Of a DNA stretch of 64,000 nucleotides, positions 12,040 through 23,548 are shown piece after piece (the stretch's first letter is position 1; every line of letters begins with the position of its first letter). Origin of the DNA: Hydrolagus colliei (taxonomy: Eukaryota). The position numbers and the translations under genes were made by a program. The stretch covers positions 7,998,001-8,062,000 of the forward strand of contig CM068760.1 of the NCBI GenBank assembly GCA_035084275.1. Reading direction: 5' to 3'. The notes beneath the pieces were generated by a model. It saw only the letters and a program-made list of their open reading frames with translations. It was not told the origin of the DNA and did no database searches.

Positions 12040-12231
12040 GCATTAAACTGCCGGTGCTTCTGGGTGCTGCCTAATCACGCCTAAAGACCGTCCTTTTTGA
12101 TTGCGCATTGCGGGTTCACCTCCCCATCCCTCTCCCTCCTTCGGCTCGAGGCCAGACTCCGCCACTGTCATGCGCTCCGTGACGCTACCCCACATAAAGG
12201 GACCGCCCTTTATAAATGCAAGTTGTTGTTG
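12040..12231 (+). mobile_element. Degraded L2-type LINE 3' end
   Basis: Pyrimidine-rich stretch, then ctgtcatgcgct...tataaatgcaagttgttgttg. Confidence 0.55.
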
Positions 12232-12934
12232 AATCTAAAGTAGAATTTTAAATCTTTGGGGTTGGAGGAACTGGAATAAAGTGGAGTGGGTTCAGATGAA
12301 TTGCCTTCTGTCGAGACAGACTGGATGGTCTTAACAACTTGTTGCTGTTTCTGTGCTCGAGAGGTCCTCGATTTGAAAGCTGTAGCTTGAAGCTGTGTTA
12401 GCCAGGCAGAATGCAATTATTTTTCTCCTTTCGTATTAGTCGCTCACTTTGAGCAGTTATACTGTGTGTGTTTACTGCTTATCGAGCTGAGATGATTACA
12501 GCAAATTTTGTTGCAATACTTTTACTTTTTGTATCAAGAAGCAAAATGAAACCTAATTTCAACTCCATGGCCCCAAAGTAAATTTAATCTTGTTTGGGCA
12601 GAAAACAGCTTAATCTGTCATCCTCTAGAGACCTTAAACAATATTAGCCGTCTGCACAGAGAGCAAATGTAGCTCACTTGAGCTGCCCACTACTGACATA
12701 TCCCTGCTTTGTTATTGTTCTTTGCAGAATCCATTTCAAATCTGTTATATTTTCAATTGTAGTGAGAAAGACTTGTGTTTGGTGAATGTAACAATTTGGA
12801 ATGCAAAATTTTCTTCCACGTGTGAAGTAGTTTCATTAACTCATTCCTGACTCCCTCACTTAGACTCTACCTTGTCTCCCTGAGGGAGCTACACTATCTC
12901 TAACTGCAGTTAGTTAGAGATTAGTTGAAGACCA

Positions 12935-13220
12935 CCGGTTTCCTTATTGCATATGTCTGCATTTAACTCGCAGTAAGTAGGAACCCGGTTGTCAAGTCAA
13001 TTGGCTGGATCGCTTTCACAGGGCAATAAATAATCCCTTCCAAAAAAAATAATAATTTGGTCTGCTCATTCCACAACTTTTTGTGGGTCACTTGTGCAGA
13101 GTTGGCGGCTGCATTTTGCCCACAAAATACTGTACACAGTCAATTCCACTTTACACTATCTTCTGTGAGGCTCTTTGAGAAGTCTTGATGAGGCGCGATA
13201 TGATATGCAAGGATTGTTAG
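12935..13220 (+). mobile_element. Older long-CORE variant of the SINE family (headless)
   Basis: Contains gcagtaagtaggaacccggttgtcaagtcaattgg, which is absent from the younger copies, followed by the family body and tail. Confidence 0.7.
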
Positions 13221-13288
13221 AGAATGTTGCATATGCTATCGTCAGTTCTTTTTGAGCCTTTCCATAGAATGTGTTTTTCTTTCTTCAG

Positions 13289-13413
13289 GTCCGGCCTGAT
13301 GACTAGGGAGCTCAGGGATATGCCCAACAACCCATGGTTAATGGAGGAGTCAGAGGACACCAAAGGACTTGACTTTGGGCAAATCAAACATCAACAACAA
13401 AAGATTATTCAAG
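13289..13413 (+). CDS. STX8: Syntaxin-8 exon 5 (SGLMTRELRDMPNNPWLMEESEDTKGLDFGQIKHQQQKIIQ)
   Basis: tttttctttcttcag acceptor, gtacaa donor; 125 bp; conserved NPW and QQQKIIQ motifs; inside ORF 13224..13466. Confidence 0.95.
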
Positions 13414-13683
13414 GTACAACCTGCGCAATGCCACCGATTTGGGCTCAGAAATCCTCACAAAACTGATGTGGCAAGCATAAGTATGCATTGCCTCCAGGAA
13501 CACATCAGTAACCACTACAACTGATTTAGATATTAATCTCATCCAGATAAGCTAACTCTAATTGAAGGAAACCATTTGGAAAATGAATGTACATGCTCTG
13601 TGTACTCGTTTACAACAATAATAAAGGGATTAATGGTAATAACCTATTTGCAGAATTTAAATCTGCTGTACTCGCTGGAGTAA

Positions 13684-13699
13684 CTCACTAGGTGGCGGC
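13684..13699 (+). promoter_or_regulatory. Candidate CTCF binding site
   Basis: CTCACTAGGTGGCGGC is one mismatch from the core consensus. Confidence 0.45.
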
Positions 13700-14059
13700 T
13701 ATTCCCAATGAAGCCGAGCAATTTTACTTTATAGTCTTGTTTCGGATTAGATTGTCTGGAAAATGTAAGTGTAATGGATTCAGATAGATATTTAGAAGAA
13801 TCACAGCTGCAGTAATGACCATTCGTCAAAATAATGGGATTGGTATTTGATTTAAATCCTGAGGTTTTATTTGTCACCACGTTTTTACAGTTTGGTTTCT
13901 TTGATGCAGCGTAACATTGCTGTAATGTGAGATGCTTCTTTTGCAATTTGCCAGAAACTTGGTTGCTAATAGTGAGTAGTAATAACTTCTTGTGCTATGG
14001 GTAATTTAACTTGACTGCCCAGGAACCATACCAGGCCATCAATGCTGAAAATCTACACA

Positions 14060-14385
14060 TATTCAGGAACGTTCGCATCTTCTTTGACCCTCAACTATCT
14101 TTTCTACCCCACATTCTTGCCGTGACCTGCTCTGTCTTCTTCCACAACTCGCCCGGATCCGCCTCACCATTGGCCGTCAGCCTCTCCCCCCCACCCCCAC
14201 CCTTTGGAACTCTATCCCACATTCCCTTCACCTCAAGTCCTCGCTGCCTGCTTCGAGGCGCATTTCAAGACCCTCCTCTTTGACTGTGCCTTTGGTAAAC
14301 CTCCCAGCCCTAACCTTCCCCTCTTGATCCCATCTCGGGTCCAAATCGTTGACTGTCCAATGCCTTGGAAATCCTCGTGATGTGG
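14060..14385 (+). mobile_element. Decayed L2-type LINE fragment
   Basis: ORF 14011..14283 contains FDPQLSFLPHI, also seen at 32989; ends gactgtccaatgccttgg. Confidence 0.75.
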
Positions 14386-14454
14386 TCCTCCTCTGATCGG
14401 TTACAAAAACTGAGTGCGAAAGTAGAGGTTAAAATGCTGTTATGCAGAGACAAC

Positions 14455-14836
14455 ATTGGTGTCTGCTTTTGCTCCCACAAAATACACAGTCCACTTTACA
14501 GTATATTCTATATATTCAACCATGGTTGGGAAATACAAGGCCCTATGGGAAAAAATGGGATAGGGGGAGTAAGTTGCTTGTTCTTTTACTAAACACAAAA
14601 AAATACACAAAAATCTAACAAAAACAATAAATGTTCAAATAACACAATCAAAAAAATTAAAAACAATAAATTCATGTTGTTTGCCTTAATCCTAAGAGAG
14701 AAGCGACATCATGGCTGGTTGATTGCAACATCGCAACTGGGTCCTAGCGCCAGTTTATTCTGTGAGGTGCTTTGAGACGTCTAGAAGATGTCAAAAGTAC
14801 CATATCAAATACAAGATTATTATTTATTATTATTAC
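14455..14836 (+). mobile_element. SINE 3' half split by a 246-bp insertion (14510-14755)
   Basis: Consensus ...ctttacagtatattct|gtgaagcgctttgag is interrupted exactly at tattct, which is present on both sides. Confidence 0.7.
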
Positions 14837-15286
14837 TTTCCAGCAACAATCTCTGGATAGCAACAGAGAATGTGAGCCCTGGTCAATTTTTAACAGTATA
14901 ACATAATAATCTTTGCATTTGATACAGCTCCTTATCAGGCCATTGAGACATCTCAAAGCGCTTCAAAATGATCTGTTGGGAATAAATCTAGTCGGACCTA
15001 AGTGGTCAAGAAGGCCAGAGATTACAGAATTGGCTTCCTCAAATCTGCATCCCAGATCTTGGCTGTTATTGCACTGCACATATCGTAATTGAGGTCAATT
15101 TACTCCACTTTGGTCATTATGCAAAATGCCTCAGAAGTATTCAGTGATTGCTCTGTTGCTTGGGCCCCGGGGGACAAATGTGGAAAGGAGGGAACGTTGA
15201 TCTGGTCTGTCCTGATGCACTTCAAGTTTTGTGTCCTTCGTACAGATAAGCACAGGTTGCAGAGGAGGCTATGCTGCAACAGAAGT

Positions 15287-15530
15287 AACAACAACAAAAT
15301 TACACTTGTACAGCGCCTTTCATGTCTGGAGGATGTCCCAAGGCCCTGGACAGTCACTGTGTCAGTCCCCGGGTGGGGATGCGGGGGAGGGTAGGTGGGT
15401 TAGGAGTTGCTGATGGGACCGTCGAAGAGGAGAGTTTTGAGGTGGAACTTGAAGGGGGCCAGGAAGGGGGCGAGGCGGAGGGACTGCGGGATGGAGTTCC
15501 AGAGGTTGGGGGCAGAGTGGCTCACTTCCT
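15287..15530 (-). mobile_element. L2-type LINE 3' end
   Basis: aacaacaacaaaattacacttgtacagcgcctttcatgtc...ggagttccagaggttgggg; (TTG)n tail on the minus strand. Confidence 0.8.
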
Positions 15531-15611
15531 AGTCCAGCAGCCTTTCCTTTGCTTGTGGATATTACAATAAGGTTTTTAAATTGTGTTTTTTTGTATTCTC
15601 TCTATATTCAG

Positions 15612-15704
15612 AACAAGATGCGGGTCTGGATGCTCTAGCAACAGTAATAGCCAGACAAAAACAAATGGGTCAAGACATAGGAAATGAACTAGATGAACAC
15701 AATG
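15612..15704 (+). CDS. STX8: Syntaxin-8 exon 6 (N-half of the Qc-SNARE motif: (E)QDAGLDALATVIARQKQMGQDIGNELDEHN)
   Basis: tattcag acceptor, gtaaga donor; 93 bp; near-identical to human EQDAGLDALSSIISRQKQMGQEIGNELDEQN. Confidence 0.97.
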
Positions 15705-16694
15705 GTAAGATGTTTTCAAGTTTTAGTACTGTTTCCCAACACTTTCCTAATGTCCGACTTGTATGACAGATTGTTCAGGGATTGTTGTATGCAAGAGGCT
15801 GCAGAAAATTTAATGAAAGCCAGACATTTACATGTCATTTACATTGACATAGCTCGCCATTTGCAAATGCCAGATCCATTGAGGCACTGTATTTAGAGAT
15901 TAACTTTCAGGAAATAACTGGCTTGAGTTAGAATCCTGCTGGAGTCTTTGTTTCCCAGTATAGTGTCATTGTTGATTACAAACACACAAGGCTGATAAAC
16001 CACTTCAGATGGTCAATAAAACTGATTTTTGAAATTCCAGTGTTACACCGGGCCTGTGAGAATGCCTACAGTTCATTAATCTGTGTGTGATTTTTTTTAG
16101 CATTCTACAGGTGGAAGCTTTGCCTGTTGTTTATTTGTGGTTGTGTTTCCGAGCAATTGGGCAAGTGTGGTTTTGCTCATATTTGAGGGTAAAGTGGTAC
16201 AGTAAAATTAATAAAAATAAACAAACAAACAAATAAATATTGCTTGCATTTGAGATAGCGTTTTACATGTCTTCTAGACGTTTCAAAATGCTTCACCGAA
16301 TACACTAAAGAGCATAGACTATATATTTGCGGTGGCCTACAAAATATAGTTTCTTATACAGTCATTTCACTTTACAGTTTATTCTGTGAAGTGCTTTGAG
16401 GTGCCCTGAAGATTGGACAAGGCACTATATCAAATGCAAGGATTATTATAGATTATTATATCACAGTTTTAGGACTGCCCAGTAGTTTTGAAGCAAGTGG
16501 AACAACCAAACCACACGGGAGTTTATCAGCCTTCTAATTCCCATATGTTTTCTTTAGATTATATTATGTTTGTTTATTAATAATAATCCTTACAGTAACC
16601 AATTTTTTTTTTAAAAAATTGAAACATTTATTATCCTAGGAAAAGTGATCTGCCATTTGACTAACGTCAAGTTACTACTTACTGCTCGGTATAC

Positions 16695-16803
16695 AGAGGC
16701 ATATGGAGTAAGGAAACTTGCTTAACTTTTGTCCCTGCCCAGGAATCGAACCTAGGTCTTCTCGTTTGTGGGGCAAGCACTCGAACCACTGAGCTACAGG
16801 ACT
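16695..16803 (-). mobile_element. SINE tRNA head fragment
   Basis: Reverse complement of gtcctgtagctcagtggttcgagtgcttgcc...ggttcgattcc. Confidence 0.8.
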
Positions 16804-17502
16804 TTACACCTACAACAAATCTAGTCTATGTGGTGTTTATGGTACACTTCTGATTGGAATAGTTCTGATTGCTTTGTAAATCAATCAGTCACACAATATA
16901 CATACAGTCAGTAACACTTTTTTTTCAGTATATTCTGCGAAACACATTCAGATGCCTGAATGACATGATATATATCCAATGCATGAATGATTATTATTAT
17001 AATAATAGCAGAAATGAATTTTCCTACACTTGTCTTATGAAAGAATCCTCATCAAAGATTCTTCCCCAGTTATGATTAACATACCCGCTAGATTGTGAAT
17101 CCTGACTCTTTGTTGGCTCTAGGCATTTCTATGTATTCAGATTTGGCCACTCAATTGTTGGGTAAATACGGTCATTGTTTTCAATTTTCTGGTTTTCAAT
17201 TTTCTGGTGTAAGCTGGAGATATTCAAGGATCGTTATTCAATTATTCTCCATTTGCCCCCTGCAGTCTTATTACATTGGGATTTGGATGAAGTCAGTGAA
17301 TTCATATTACATACTCCAGCCTGAGTAAATTATTTGTTATTTGAAGTGTCAAATACAAGATGATAACTCAGCAGATTTATCCTATCTGGGAGGGACCTCA
17401 GTGCATTTATGTTTCTACTCTATGTGATAGGTTGGGCATTAGTTTGTTTGGGATCTAGGATAAAGTTTGAATTGTGATTTTGAGCCATTCTTCTGGGATT
17501 CA

Positions 17503-17620
17503 TAATAATAATCCTTGCGTTTGATATAGCGCCTTATCATGTCTTCAAGACGTCTCAAAGCGCTTCACAGAATATACCGTAAAATGAATTGACTGTATAT
17601 AGTCAATTCGGGCGAAACGC
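17503..17620 (-). mobile_element. SINE 3' fragment
   Basis: ataataataatccttgcgtttgatatagcgcc...aagcgcttcacagaatata. Confidence 0.8.
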
Positions 17621-18089
17621 ACTCAATTTTAGGTAACAATTTCCTTTTTACCTAGAATGTTAAAGACTTAGTGAGTGAGTAACTAAACTAAATGACGGAA
17701 GACTATACAGTAGATGCCAGGTATAAGAAAGTGTTTGATGAAATTGTACGTTTCACGCATTTTTATATGGCGTGTTTTTTATTCTACTCAGATTCGGGCT
17801 GTTTTTGCAAGTGATTTTCCAGTACATTCTGCATCAACATTCTTTTTGCCAGAGGGATTTTTGTCAGCATTGTTCACTTGGCTCCAAATACTTTGCAGAG
17901 AATCAAGTTTTGACGATGCCCGAGAGATTTTAAAAACATCTAGAACGAAATCATCAAACCGTAGAAATGTCTGCAAAACTTCATTTTGGCTAATTTTTCG
18001 ATTGCATTAATCTCGCATTTAGTGAGCTCATTGTTTTCGGGTGCCATTTGCAGAGCATAATTGAACAGTGGATGTTTTTGCGAGATTTG

Positions 18090-18372
18090 TGTTTACAGAA
18101 CCAAGAGGAGCATAAGATGAGAAAGAGTTGACGGAGAGGTTAGCAGAACCATTTTCGCACAGAAGGTTATTAGAACATGGAATTCTTTGCCACAAGTGGC
18201 TATTAAGACTGGGACCATAACATTTAAAATACACTTGGATAAACATTTGAAGAGGAAGAGTATAAAGGGGCACTGGAAAAGAGCAAGGAACTTGGATCAA
18301 AATAGTTAGCTCCAGTGAAGGAGCTCAATTGACCAAATGGCTCCCATGTAATGCTGTAATTTCTATGATTAT
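18090..18372 (+). mobile_element. Degraded CR1-type LINE 3' end
   Basis: ttttcgcacagaaggttattagaacatggaattctttgcc encodes an FSHRRLLEHGI/W-N-S-L-P-like ORF2 end across frames; terminates gctgtaatttctatgatt. Confidence 0.65.
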
Positions 18373-18944
18373 ATCAGTAGTTTCGAAAGGGATCTACCTG
18401 ACTTTGATACTAAAATGTGCATCAAACGCAGAGTTTGCGCTATTCTGCAGGCTTTAGATCCTATTCTCTCAGGATGTAGAAACCGCAGTTTGTGAGAGGC
18501 TTTGCAAGAGACTTTGCAAATAAACTAGATTGATAATTTGTCAAATGTCTTAATCATAAATACATTAGTGAGAAGGAATGATTCATTCTAGGATGAGTGT
18601 TGCACACAGCTGTTTCCAATTGAGCCAACATACACAATGAAAGTAAGAAGTCAGTTCAATGTGTCACTTACAGTAATCACATAATGGTAAATGGTCCAGC
18701 AACTGTGTGCCACCTCCAAATGATAAAATGAGTAACCTTTATGTGATGTGATTGATTTTTAACATCCTAATTATCTAAGTCATAAAGTATGCTGCACTGA
18801 CTGTTTCAGGATGGGAATTAGAAGCTGTTTATTAGTCGGTGGTTACATTAGATTTCTGCTATAGTTATTTGTAGATTAAATATACAGTGCTTGTCAAACT
18901 GGAGCAGAACAATTTTGACATTTTTAAACCCATGTGAACTGTTT

Positions 18945-18949
18945 ATATA

Positions 18950-18989
<40 letters not shown>

Positions 18990-19000
18990 AAATATATATA
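18945..19000. repeat. Compound (CT)n(AT)n microsatellite
   Basis: Directly visible. Confidence 0.95.
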
Positions 19001-20054
19001 ATCTTGATGTTGAAGAGACCCATTTGTTTGCCTTGGGAGTTTGATTAGAGGGTTTGAATCTAACCAGAGGCCAAATTCCAAGTGGCAATCAGATTTTTTT
19101 GTCTTTGTGGTCGTTAGGATAAATTTCTCAAATAGCACATTTAATAGTCCAGTTCCTGATTCAGGCAGGTCTCCAGTACTCCAGCGCACCACTGAGCCAG
19201 CTTGGCTTATTGGCCAATCTTGGAGAAGGGCATACCAGTCACTGGAGGCAGAGATTCTTTCCACTTGGCTTCTGTTAACTTTAGGGTTGCCCAAACTGGT
19301 CAAGCAGCAGGAAAGCTTCCAGGCAGTGCTTTCAACGTCAAGCTTGTGGTTTTAGCTGCTTAAACTCCAGTAGTAAGCCAATGACCACTGTGGGGTCCCC
19401 AAGCCTTGGCTCTTATCAGGAATACCTGAGGAATTCCCACGTGTAGGTGGGATGAATGGAATTCTGATTGGTTTGGATCTTAAACCTGATAGATTTTTAT
19501 ATGTATTGGACACCCAGCTGACGAACAATGTGATCATCCCTGGATTGTCAAACAATAGACCTGTTCTACCTCCCCTGCACTGCTATTAATGATTTACCAG
19601 TTATATTCATACTTTATCACTTGAGTCATCATCAGTATCTTATCTTAGGAACATAAAATATTCTATAATTCAAACATCTAACATCAGTTTACAAAATTTG
19701 CTGCAATAAAGATGCTAGTTTTATTTTCTTTATGTTGTGTCCATTTTTCTAAAAATGCTTCCTATATGTATGTATATGTATATACAGAGCCTAAAGCGAT
19801 TGCCTACTGTTGGCAGGTGTCTTCATGGAAGCCTTCTATGCAGTTCTAAAACTGTTAGCTTTCTTTTGCTCTCTGCTCAATTAACGTCGAGCTCGGTGTA
19901 TGGCTGATTCTGCTCAGAACTCCAACCGTCCCCTTCCGAATGCCAGGGCAATGTTTAATGTTTGTCCTGTTGATTCTTTGCGCTTATGAAAAAAATATGG
20001 ACCTGGGACCTGTAAGATTTAAAAGTTTTACACTGCAATACTTGTCTGCAACAC

Positions 20055-20316
20055 TGACTGTCCAGCACCTTGGGACGTCCTCCCGACGTCAAGGGCGCTA
20101 TGCAAATGCAATTTTATTGTTGTTGTATTGACCCTCAATCAATCAATCAATCAATCAATCAAAACTTACATTTATATAGTACCTTTCACGTCAAGAGGAT
20201 GTCCCAAGGCGCTGTACAGTTAGGTAGGGACAAGAGCGGGGTAGACGAAGAAGAGTAGGAAAATTGACTATATTTGTGGGCGTAATGCGGCAGTCAAATT
20301 GCGCACAGCAGTGTCA
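20055..20316. mobile_element. Tail-to-tail pair: + strand L2-type tail (20055-20130) and - strand (GATT)n-tailed SINE (20137-20316)
   Basis: ccttgggacgtcctcccgacgtcaagggcgcta on + faces tacctttcacgtcaagaggatgtcccaaggcgct, with (AATC)n between them. Confidence 0.8.
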
Positions 20317-20809
20317 CCTTGGGAGCCTAGCCAGCAACGCCAAACACTTTGAGATGCAACCCCTCACCGCCTCCAACGTGGACGGTGATGTATAATTATA
20401 AACTGTATTGTGTTATTTATTGCGCTCAACACAAAACATAGAAAGTGTAATGCAGTATTTCCTTTTGAGATTGAGAATATTCACTCATTGAAGATGTTTG
20501 AAGGAACCCAAAAGCTCATGTTACGCTTCAAGCACCGTCTCCCTCCAGTTCTGAGTTTTGTTTTGTAATTCAGGGTAATCTGTTTCACAACAGTGCACAT
20601 CGGAGGTCCATACTTAGTTACAGGAAATTGTAGGCGATAATCCTCTTAACATCTCCTAAGTATCAGTCCCAGGTAGACAGTGCATGAAGAATACACACTG
20701 TTTGTGGGCAATTGGCTGATGGATTTCGCCCAGAGTATACGCAGTCAATCCACTTTACAATATATTGTAAAGCCCTGTAAAGCACTTTGACACGTCTTAA
20801 GAAGTGATG

Positions 20810-21129
20810 ATAATAATAATTCTTACACTTGATATACCGTAGGTCTTTTCACATTTTCTAGACGTCGCAAAGCACTTCACAGAAACTACTGTAAAGTGAA
20901 TTGACTGTATATTTGTGGGCAAAACGCAGCAGCCAATTGTGCACAGCAGCGTCTCACAAACAGCCGTGAGTTGAAGCGACCAATTTATTATTGTTCTTCT
21001 TGTTCCTTGAGGGATTATTATCAGGCATGTGGAATAAGGAAATTTGCCCAAGGTTTCACCCTGCCAGGAATCGAACTCAGGTCTCTCGTGTGCAAGGCAA
21101 GTCCTCTAACCACTGAGCTACAGAACTCC
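20810..21129 (-). mobile_element. Full-length tRNA-derived SINE
   Basis: Complete head, CORE-like, Deu-like and tail modules on the minus strand. Confidence 0.9.
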
Positions 21130-22394
21130 CGATATAATGATAAGTCATGATATCAAACGCTAGGATGGTTATTATTATTATTACCAGTTTTGACAAAGTC
21201 CCACTGTTTGAGGTATGAAATGGTTAACAATCATAATGAGACTCATTTGGGAATTCAATGTGATGCTGGCAAGTGATTAAATCTTGTTATTTATGTCCCT
21301 TTCTGAATAGACATGCTGCGTACCATTAAGACTGTGTATCTGCCTATGTTTAATGTTATTATAGATGTTATTATAAATGTAATGTTTTGAGTGCAGAACA
21401 TTTGAAGAGTTTACTAAACTTAACAACTACTTTATCAAGACTTGACCTTATTCATTCATTTCAATTGAGAGATATTGTATCTTCTCAAGGCTGAAAATTC
21501 GGAATAGTTCAGATTAAGATTCCTGAAACCTTTTTACAGTACTATGTTAAAAGAGTCAGAGTACTTATGTTTTTAAAAGCTTTTGATCAATTGGAAGTGA
21601 GTAAATGTTAATTGTTTGAACTAAAGCTAATTAATTTTTGCCCCTCATGTTTTCAAGCCTACCCTTTAATCATTCTAAGTAGCTTACTAAATGATTCAAA
21701 TTTCCAGCATTGGTACTGAAGTTATTTGGCCTTTTAGCTCTATAAGTGAAATTGTCTAATGAATTTTGTCTTTAATGCATTACACATTGTTTGATTTCAA
21801 GGCATCATTACAGCTCTTTTACATCATAAGTCATCTGCCAAAATCTAATTGTGTGGTTGCTTTTAGCCAAACTTAACCAAGTAGAAAATCAAGTGGAGCG
21901 TAATGTATAAACATTTTTCATTTATTTTATGTTCCTTTTTAAAAAAAAAGTTGACAGTGGATTAATATTTTTATAGTTTGGATACAAATTCATGATTTAT
22001 AGTCGAGAATCATTTAAACTGAAAGCTGAAATATCACTTTAGTACTTTGTCCAGTTGTTTGTAGCTTTGCCATATATCAACAACAACTTGCATTTCTATA
22101 GCACCCTTCTCGCTAGCATCCCAGAAGGCAATGCATAATGCATGTTGAATTGATGCAGCTATGACCCATTTCCTACTGATACAATAGATTGGTGCTACTT
22201 ATGCCCTCTGCCTTGGGAATGCCTTGTTTGATAGGGTTCCATTGCAGACTCAAAATATTTTTGTCAAAATATAACCTCTTCGAACATGCTTTCTGTCATC
22301 TTTCCCTCTCCACTCCCCTCGGCTCCCAGCTCGGGTACCCAATCGGCAATGTCAAGCGCTTTGAAATTTCGTCCCGATGTGAAAGATGCTGTTT

Positions 22395-22515
22395 TTTTCT
22401 TGAGGGATTATTATCAGGCATGTGGAGTAAGGAAACTTGCACACCCTGCCTGGAATCGAATCCAGGTTGCTCGCTTGCGAGGCGAGTGCTCTAATCGCTG
22501 AGCCACAGGACTCCC
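22395..22515 (-). mobile_element. SINE 5' half
   Basis: gagggattattatcaggcatgtggagtaaggaaacttgc...gagccacaggactcc. Confidence 0.85.
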
Positions 22516-23284
22516 ATGCAGAATTAAATGGATTAACATACAGATATATTTATGTTTATAGATTGATAACACTCAAATGATAGGTTATATTACTTTCTAT
22601 GAGTATTTGTGAAAGTTAAGTTAATACTGTGTTATGAAAGGAACTTGTCCATATATGTGTCCCATTTTAAAGCTGCAAAAATGTTCTTGTCTACGGATGA
22701 TGGTTTGAAGTCACCTTTGGGTGGACTGTTTTAAGCAGCTTGTAAAGATGATCTGGTGACTGCATTCTATAAAATAATCTAGGTGTATATATTCTTTCTT
22801 TTACAATTTCTTTGTGCAACTAAGAACATTTTGATTGTAGATCAACTGCATCCAGCGCAGCTGTTGCTAATAATAACCTGTCTCGAGTTTTGGCGACAAG
22901 TTGAAAAATTGTGATTAATGGTCAAGAGCTCCAGATGGGATTCCTGTTAGGAAACAATATTGCTGGGGAGGTTTAGCAGATTATGGAATCCGTTGGATTT
23001 TTATTCTCTGTCCATGGAGACATTGGAGCTTGGGATAATGGACCTTCTTCGTGAATTACCAGGCAGCCATGAAGTCAGAAACTGTAAGTGAAAACTTGAG
23101 TGATTTATATTTGACCTCTGAAGCCAAAGACTGATCGCGTATCAATTCTTCTTCTACTATGCAGGGTAGGTTAGGGTTTGAATTTTGATTATCAGACTTG
23201 AGCGCCACATTTCCATTTGCTAGTAATGGTAATGGCATGTGACATAAGCCAAAGCTATTATACTTTTATGGGACTTGACACCTT

Positions 23285-23548
23285 TGGATGAAATGTGAAT
23301 TGAGGTGCCGTCTGCATGTATAGGTGGACCCTAAGGATCCCATGGTACCATTCGAAAATAGAAGGGAATTTCTCCCAGTGTTTTGGCCAACAATTCCCCA
23401 GATAAAATTGGCTTTTCACTTTATGGCTGTGCAAAATTAGCTGCCACGTTTGCCTTCAAAACCACAGACATTACACTTTACCTGTAAAGCCCCTTGGAAC
23501 ACCTTGACAGTGTGATAAGATGCAATGCCAAATGCAAGGATTATAATT
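23285..23548 (+). mobile_element. Old DeuSINE (AmnSINE1/SacSINE1-like)
   Basis: gtctgc...ggtggaccctaaggatcccatggtaccattcgaa...ttctcccagtgttttggccaa resembles the Deu domain as recalled. Confidence 0.65.

Noticed and set aside
18848-19355. Overlapping antisense ORFs of 151 and 104 aa
   Set aside because: The 151-aa frame runs through a (CT)n(AT)n microsatellite (YIYIYRERERE); neither resembles a known protein.
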